DNA of 24,000 nt. Origin: an uncultured Alphaproteobacteria bacterium (GTDB taxonomy: Bacteria > Pseudomonadota > Alphaproteobacteria > Rhizobiales > Kaistiaceae). Positions 18,151 to 24,000 of the stretch are shown in pieces. A program made the translations under genes and the position numbers. Positions within the stretch are counted from its first letter, which is position 1. The number at the start of each line of letters is the position of its first letter. The notes below the pieces were generated by a model. That model ran no database searches and was not told the DNA's origin. It was given only the letters and a program-made list of their open reading frames with translations. The stretch covers positions 321,695 to 345,694 of the forward strand of contig CAVZHY010000006.1 of NCBI GenBank assembly GCA_963775235.1, in the 5' to 3' direction.

Positions 18151-19367
18151 CCCGCCGGGCCGCCGCCATCAACCGGCCTGCCGCAGCCCAGGTGCTGCGG
18201 CGCATCACAATACTCGGCGCCACCGGCTCGATCGGCCGCAGCACCGTCGACGTGGTCGCGAGCCGGCCCGATGCCTACGCCGTTGAAGCGGTGACCGCCA
18301 AGACCAGCGCTGCCAAGCTTGCCGAAATCGCGCGCCAGACCCATGCGCGACTGGCCGTGATTGCCGACCCTGCTTCGTACCGGGAGCTCAAGGAGGCTCT
18401 GGCCGGAACCAGGATCGAGGTGGCGGCGGGGGACGAGGCAGTGAGGGAGGCGGCGGCGCGCCCGGCCGATCTTGTGGTCGCCGCGATCGTGGGCGCCGCC
18501 GGGCTTGCGCCCACGTACGCCGCGCTCACGGCGGGGACGCGCGTCGCCCTCGCCAACAAGGAATGCCTGGTATCGGCGGGAGACGTGTTCATCCGGGCCG
18601 CGGGCGCGGCGAATGTCGCCATTCTGCCGGTCGATTCGGAACACAACGCGATCTTCCAAATCCTCGACCGACGCCGGATGGACGATGTTGCGCGCATCAT
18701 CATCACCGCATCCGGCGGTCCCTTCCGCGACTGGCCGCGCGACGCGATGGCAGCGGCGACGCCGGCCGAGGCGCTGAAGCATCCCAACTGGTCGATGGGG
18801 CCCAAGATCACGATCGATTCGGCCACGATGATGAACAAGGGCCTGGAGTTGATCGAAGCGCATTACCTCTTCGGCGCCTCCAGCGAGCAGCTCGACGTCG
18901 TCGTGCACCCGCAGTCGGTCGTGCACGGCATGGTGGCCTTCCGGGACGGGGCGCTGATCGCCGCCATGAGCGCACCCGACATGCGCGGCCCGATCGCCCA
19001 TTGCCTCGCATGGCCTGAGCGCAACCCGGTCGAGGCGGCCAGCCTTGACCTCGCCGCGCTCGGCGGGATCACGTTCGAGCGGCCGGACAGGACGCGGTTT
19101 CCGGCGTTGCGGATAGCGCTCGCGGCCCTTGCCGCTGGCGGGTGGGCAACCAACATCCTGAGCGCGGCCAATGAGGTCGCGGTCGAGGCCTTTCTTGCCG
19201 GGAAGATCGGATTCCTTCAAATTGCCGAAATAGTGGAGGAAACGATCGAGCGGGCCGGCTCCACGGTTTCGGGACAGACGCCCGCAACAATCGAGGATGC
19301 GATTGCTCTTGACCGCGAGGGGCGGCGTATCGCCGCGGCCCAGGTCGATCGGGGCTCGTTGGCCTGA
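18144..19367 (+). CDS. dxr: 1-deoxy-D-xylulose 5-phosphate reductoisomerase
   Basis: 407 aa. The start overlaps the cdsA stop. It has ILGATGSIGRST, LANKE, DSEHNAIFQ and HPNWSMGPKITIDSATMMNKGLE motifs. Confidence 0.93.
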   Translation: MVTRRAAAINRPAAAQVLRRITILGATGSIGRSTVDVVASRPDAYAVEAVTAKTSAAKLAEIARQTHARLAVIADPASYRELKEALAGTRIEVAAGDEAVREAAARPADLVVAAIVGAAGLAPTYAALTAGTRVALANKECLVSAGDVFIRAAGAANVAILPVDSEHNAIFQILDRRRMDDVARIIITASGGPFRDWPRDAMAAATPAEALKHPNWSMGPKITIDSATMMNKGLELIEAHYLFGASSEQLDVVVHPQSVVHGMVAFRDGALIAAMSAPDMRGPIAHCLAWPERNPVEAASLDLAALGGITFERPDRTRFPALRIALAALAAGGWATNILSAANEVAVEAFLAGKIGFLQIAEIVEETIERAGSTVSGQTPATIEDAIALDREGRRIAAAQVDRGSLA

Positions 19368-19407
19368 GGGCCGGAAGGAGAATGCATGGGCCTCAATACC
19401 GTGTTGA

Positions 19408-20532
19408 ATGACGTGGGCTCGACGGTCACCGGGATATGTGGTGCCGTTTCTGTTCGTCCTGACCATCGTCGTATTCTTCCACGAACTCGGCCATTTCCTG
19501 GTCGCCCGCTGGTGCCGCGTGGCCGTCAAGGTCTTTTCGATCGGCTTTGGCCCGGAGATCGTAGGCTTCAACGATCGCACGGGTACCCGCTGGCGGCTGT
19601 CGCTGATCCCGCTCGGCGGCTACGTCAAGTTCCTCGGGGACGAGAACGAGGCGAGCCTCGGCGACCGTTCAGTGCTCGAACGCATGACGCCCGAGGAACG
19701 CAAGTCGGCGTTTGCCGGCAAGGGCGTGGCCGCGCGGGCTGCGATCGTGGCGGCAGGCCCAGTGGCCAATTTCGTGCTGGCGATTGCCATTTTCACCGCC
19801 GTCTTCAGCATCCACGGCCGCGAAGTGATGACGCCGCGGGTAGATAGCGTCGTGCCCGACAGCGCCGCCGCGCAGGCCGGCTTCCAGCCGGGGGACATCA
19901 TCGAATTGATCGACGGCAAAGCGATCGATAATTTCACCGATCTGCAGCGCATCGTCTCCATGAGCGCCGCGGACAAGCTCACCATCGTGGTGCGCCGAGG
20001 CGACAGGGACGTGACGCTTTCTGCGGCGCCAAGGCTGGAAAACGTTCCCGATCAATTCGGCAACGATCACCGCGTGGGGGTGCTCGGCATCGCCCGCAAC
20101 ACCACCAGCGCCGACATCGTCACCGAACGCTATTCGGTGCCGCGCGCAGCGGTGCTGGCGACGCAGGAAACCTGGTTCGTGGCGACGCGCACGTTATCCT
20201 ACCTGGCCAACGTCGCCACCGGGCGCGAATCGGCCGATCAGCTTGGCGGCCCGCTTCGGGTGGCGGAAGTATCGCACGACGTCGCCACCCTCGGCTTTGT
20301 GGCGCTGATCAACCTTGCCGCGATCCTTTCCATCAGCATCGGGCTGATCAACCTGTTCCCCATCCCCATGCTCGACGGTGGTCACCTTTTGTTCTTTGCC
20401 TTTGAGGCGGCGCGCGGGAAGCCCCTCAGCGAACGAGTCCAGGAGATCGGTTTCCGCATCGGGTTCGCGGCGGTGGTGATGTTAATGATTTTTGCAACCT
20501 GGAACGACATTATTCATTTGAGTTCGCTGTGA
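19408..20532 (+). CDS. rseP: RIP zinc metalloprotease RseP (site-2 protease); 5' end uncertain, see findings
   Basis: 374-aa ORF. It has HExxH (FHELGHFLVARW), a PDZ region (GFQPGDIIELIDGKAI) and the NLFPIPMLDGGH motif. The in-frame ATG at 19408 has no Shine-Dalgarno sequence. A strong SD plus ATG at 19386 is in another frame. Confidence 0.88.
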   Translation: MTWARRSPGYVVPFLFVLTIVVFFHELGHFLVARWCRVAVKVFSIGFGPEIVGFNDRTGTRWRLSLIPLGGYVKFLGDENEASLGDRSVLERMTPEERKSAFAGKGVAARAAIVAAGPVANFVLAIAIFTAVFSIHGREVMTPRVDSVVPDSAAAQAGFQPGDIIELIDGKAIDNFTDLQRIVSMSAADKLTIVVRRGDRDVTLSAAPRLENVPDQFGNDHRVGVLGIARNTTSADIVTERYSVPRAAVLATQETWFVATRTLSYLANVATGRESADQLGGPLRVAEVSHDVATLGFVALINLAAILSISIGLINLFPIPMLDGGHLLFFAFEAARGKPLSERVQEIGFRIGFAAVVMLMIFATWNDIIHLSSL

Positions 20533-20707
20533 AATAAGGCTTCCATGCGTGTCGCGAGCGCAACGCGAAGCGAGATTCGCGACGGGGATTCGGGGCGCGC
20601 CTTGCGGGGATCAAAAAAGGCTGTAAACCTTCGAGTCTGGGCATTTGGGGGCGAATTTGTCCGTGGATACGCGGGCGGGCGAAGCAGGCAATAGGCATCA
20701 AGATCAC

Positions 20708-23088
20708 ATGCATTCATTTGTGACTTTCGCCCGGAGGGTGGCTTTCGCGGTTGTCCTGGCGGTGACAGCAGCCGCTCCGATGCTGGTGGCGTTGTCGGTG
20801 GTGGCGCCCCAGTCGGCAGAAGCGGCGGTTGCCTCCAGCATCTCGGTGCAGGGCAACCAGCGGATCGAAGCCGATACCATCAAGACCTACCTCACGATCA
20901 AGCCGGGCAAGTCATACACCGCCGAGGACATCGACACCTCGGTCAAGGCGCTCTACGAGACCGGCCTTTTCTCGGACGTTGCCATCGCCCAGCACGGCAG
21001 CGTTCTGGTTGTCACGGTCGCTGAAAATCCCGTCATCAATTCGATCGTCTTCCAGGGCAACAAGAAGATCAAAAGCCGCGATCTGATGACGATCATCACC
21101 CTCAAGGTCCGGGGCGTGCTGACGGATGCCAAGCTGCAGACCGACATCACCAACATCAAGAGTTACTACTCGACCAACGGGCGCAGCAACGCGTACGTAA
21201 CCGCGAAAGCGACACCGCTCGGCGACAATCGGGTCGATGTCGTGTTCCTGATCGACGAGGGCGAGAAGACCGGCGTGGCGGCGGTCACGTTCGTCGGCAA
21301 CAATGCCTTCTCCGCGTCCCGCCTCAGTCACGTGATCCTGACGCGCCGGACCAACTGGCTGAGCTGGCTGAACCGCAAGGACATCTACAGCCAGGAGAAG
21401 CTGCAGGCGGACGAGGACGCGCTCAGGAGCTTCTATCTGGCGCACGGCTATGCCGACTTCCAGGTGCTGGACGCGCACGCCGATTTCGACGATGCCACGG
21501 GCAAGTACTACGTCACGTTCACGCTCGACGAGGGCGCCAAGTACAAATACGGCGACGTCGCCGTGGACTTGTCCATACCGGGCGTCGATTCGGCGACGCT
21601 GAATGCGTACTTGCGGACGAAATCCGGCAAGGTCTTCGACGCGGATGACGTGCAGAAGACGGTCGAGGACCTGACGGTCGAGCTGTCGCGCCTCGGCTAT
21701 GTCTTCGCGGTGGTGTCGCCGCGCGGCGACCGCGACTACACCAACCATATCATCGGGATCACCTACACGGTCGACGAAGGAGCGCGCGCCTATATCGAAC
21801 GCATCGAGATTCACGGCAACACCAAGACCCGCGACTATGTCATTCGCCGCGAGTTCGAGATCGCGGAAGGCGATGCCTACAATCGCGTGCTGATCGACAA
21901 GGCGCAGCGAAACCTGCAAAACCTGGGCTTCTTCAAGTCGGTGAGCATAACCGCACACCAGGGCTCCGCGCCGGACAAGGTGGTGGTCGACGTTGACGTC
22001 GTGGAGCAGTCGACCGGGTCGTTCTCCGTTGCGGCGGGCGTATCGACGACGGACGGCGTGATCGCCGAGGTGGCACTGGAAGAAACCAACTTCCTCGGCC
22101 GCGGCCAGAATCTTCGGATTGCCTTCGGCGGCGGAAAGAGCGACCGGACGTTCAATGTCTCGTTCACCGACCCGTATTTCCTCGGGTATCACATGTCGGC
22201 GGGGTTCAACGTCTACCGGAACACGTCGACGCCCACCCATCTGCGGCCGCTGGGGAGCACGAGCACCGGCGGCGGCCTGACGGTGGGCCTGCCGATCACC
22301 GACCACTTCTCGGGGTCGCTCACGTATCGGATCGCCCAGAACCAGCTCACCGGCATTGCGGCGTGCGATCCGGGCGGAGCGGGTACGGTCACCGGCTGTT
22401 ATTACCCGTCAAGCCCGAAGGGAAACAGTACCCGCCTGACTTCGGCGGTCGGATACTCGCTGCAATACTCCACGGTGGACAATTACAACGATCCGCACGA
22501 CGGCGTATTCCTTCGCTTCACCCAGGAATTCGCCGGTGTCGGCGGCAACGCCCGGTTTGTTCGCAGCACCGGCGATGCCCGCTATTACCATACGTTAGGG
22601 GACAAGACCGACATCGTCGGGTTCGTCCATCTGTCGGGGGCAACATCACGGGCATCGGGCAGCCGGTGGCGATCGCCGACAATTTCTATAAGGGCGGCGA
22701 GACCGTCCGGGGCTTCGCGCCCCTGGGCTACGGTCCGCGCGATCAGACCGGTTGTGCCGGCGCGGGCTGCGGCATGTCCATCGGCGGCAAGAACTTCTGG
22801 GGGGCGACGGCAGAGGTGCAATTCCCGCTGCCAGTGCTTCCCCAGGACCTCGGACTCCGCGGGGCGGTCTTCGCCGACGCCGGCATGTTGTGGGGCTTTG
22901 ACGCGGGCGCAACCGCCGGGCTGGGCGAAAACCCCGTGAGCGACACGATGCTGCGTTCCTCGGTCGGCGGGTCGATCATGTGGGCGTCGCCGATCGGCAA
23001 TCTGCGGCTGGACTGTGCCGCGGTGCTGACCAAGGCCAGCTACGACAACATGCAGGTTTGCCGGATCGGGGCAGGCGCCACCTTCTGA
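20708..23088 (+). pseudogene. bamA: outer membrane protein assembly factor BamA; reading frame broken by an apparent 1-nt deletion in a G5 run at 22636-22640
   Basis: The ATG at 20708 is followed by a signal peptide (...APQSAEA). POTRA repeats and barrel strands run to ...DIVGFVHLSG. The frame then degenerates into Arg/Ser/Ala-rich sequence ending at 22939. The conserved barrel C-terminus continues in the -1 frame (GNITGIGQPVAIADNFYKGGETVRGF...NMQVCRIGAGATF, stop at 23086-23088). The terminal Phe is typical of outer membrane proteins. Confidence 0.9.
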
Positions 23089-23310
23089 CATTTCCAACGG
23101 ATCGTTTTGATCGACCTGCAGCGGAAGGTTGCAGGATCGTTCGGCTCGTGGCGCGCCGCCGAGCTCTCGCGATGATCGACAATCCCGGCAAGATCGTTCA
23201 AAAGGTTGCCTGGCTCGCCCGACCAACGCGGTGAGGCGGCGGGCCACTATTGCGGCGTGCGCCGGTGGCGAACGCCCGGCCTGGCAGAAGCGACGAAAAG
23301 GGGATGACCG

Positions 23311-23781
23311 ATGGATGGCAAGACGACGGCCCTGCAGTCGTTCGACATCCAGCGGATCTTTCAGTTGCTGCCGCACCGTTATCCGTTCCTGCTGATCGAC
23401 CGCATCATCGACGTGGACGGCGACAACGCCGGCGTGGGCATCAAGTCGGTGACTGTTAACGAGCCTTACTTCGTCGGACATTTTCCGGGCATGCCGATCA
23501 TGCCGGGCGTCCTGCTGATTGAGGGCATGGCGCAGACGGCAGGCGCCATATGCGCGGCGAATCTCGGTCTGACGAAGCCGTCCGCCGTCTATTTCATGAC
23601 CGTCGATCAGGCCAAGTTTCGCAAGCCGGTCCATCCCGGCGTCACCGTCGCATACCACGTCCAGAAGGTGCGAAACCGCGGGAATATCTGGCGCTATCGC
23701 GCTGAAGCGCGGGTCGACGGTGTCAAGGTTGCGGAGGCGGTGATCAGCGCAATGATCGGCGACGAGATGCCCACCGCATGA
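23311..23781 (+). CDS. fabZ: 3-hydroxyacyl-ACP dehydratase FabZ
   Basis: 156 aa. It has [14 protein letters not shown] and [26 protein letters not shown] motifs (hot-dog fold). Confidence 0.93.
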   Translation: MDGKTTALQSFDIQRIFQLLPHRYPFLLIDRIIDVDGDNAGVGIKSVTVNEPYFVGHFPGMPIMPGVLLIEGMAQTAGAICAANLGLTKPSAVYFMTVDQAKFRKPVHPGVTVAYHVQKVRNRGNIWRYRAEARVDGVKVAEAVISAMIGDEMPTA

Positions 23782-24000
23782 AACGCGTGCATCCGACTGC
23801 GATCGTCGAAGACGGCGCGCGTCTCGGCGAAGAGGTCACGATCGGTGCCTATTCCCAGATCGGCAGTGACGTCGTCATTGAGGACGGGGTCGTTTTGCAG
23901 TCGCACGTCATCGTCAGCGGGCGCACGACCATCGGCGCCCGAACCCGCGTGTCGCCATTCGCCGCCATCGGTGGCGAGCCGCAGGATCTGAGCTACAAGG
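23778..24000 (+). CDS. lpxA: acyl-ACP--UDP-N-acetylglucosamine O-acyltransferase, N-terminal part (3' end outside window)
   Basis: The ATG at 23778 forms an ATGA overlap with the fabZ stop. My translation is [74 protein letters not shown]. It shows left-handed beta-helix hexapeptide repeats and the PQDL(K/S)Y motif of LpxA. It is absent from the ORF track because the frame runs off the window. Confidence 0.85.
   Translation, partial: MKRVHPTAIVEDGARLGEEVTIGAYSQIGSDVVIEDGVVLQSHVIVSGRTTIGARTRVSPFAAIGGEPQDLSYK

Noticed and set aside
20533-20707. A 27-aa ORF (ATG about 20544, MRVASATRSEIRDGDSGRALRGSKKAV) and the GTCGCGA...TCGCGAC hairpin between rseP and bamA.
   Set aside because: The ORF has only a weak Shine-Dalgarno sequence, a hydrophilic low-complexity product and no regulatory context. 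The hairpin has a 19-nt loop and no U-tract. Neither rises above background.
23089-23310. A possible degraded lpxD or skp remnant in the bamA-fabZ spacer. One example is the frame reading ...[18 protein letters not shown], which faintly recalls the GERWGG.PA..P..W C-terminus of LpxD.
   Set aside because: The resemblance is only a few residues long and the sequence is Arg-rich. No hexapeptide-repeat pattern appears in any forward frame. This cannot be supported without an alignment.
1-24000. A window-wide scan for CRISPR repeats, IS or transposase termini, integrases, phage genes, toxin-antitoxin pairs and defence-system signatures.
   Set aside because: I found no regularly spaced direct repeats, no inverted-repeat-bounded segments, no strand switches and no compositional islands. 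Every sizeable plus-strand ORF is accounted for by a conserved housekeeping gene.

Overview
This window is a visibly GC-rich, all-plus-strand block of core housekeeping genes. The order is typical of an alphaproteobacterium, probably Hyphomicrobiales/Rhizobiales-like (inferred from gene order and protein motifs). The order is nuoN(3' end)-birA-rnj-mce-DUF1467-proS-lolC/E-lolD-[small SOS ORF]-dnaE-bacA/sbmA-rpsB-tsf-pyrH-frr-uppS-cdsA-dxr-rseP-bamA-fabZ-lpxA(5' end). Several pairs overlap at start/stop codons (ATGA/GTGA type): mce/DUF1467, lolC/lolD, uppS/cdsA, cdsA/dxr and fabZ/lpxA. I saw no tRNA or rRNA genes, CRISPR array, IS element, integrase or phage gene. I found no convincing novel multi-gene system; this is ordinary core genome. 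The observations worth a second look are these. (1) A near-consensus promoter with an embedded alphaproteobacterial LexA box (GAAC-N7-GAAC) sits upstream of an unlisted 32-aa single-TM peptide ORF just before dnaE, resembling SidA or TisB-type SOS peptides. (2) Single-nucleotide frame breaks interrupt the essential genes proS and bamA, and rseP probably has one at its 5' end. Assembly errors are the likeliest cause, with real pseudogenisation less likely. (3) lpxD is absent from its usual place between bamA and fabZ. (4) A strong intrinsic terminator in the DUF1467-proS gap is oriented for the minus strand but has no minus-strand gene, which suggests an unannotated sRNA. (5) Ribosomal protein S2 carries a C-terminal extension of about 110 aa ending in a helix-hairpin-helix-like module. 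The many long minus-strand ORFs in the track are antisense shadows of the plus-strand genes.
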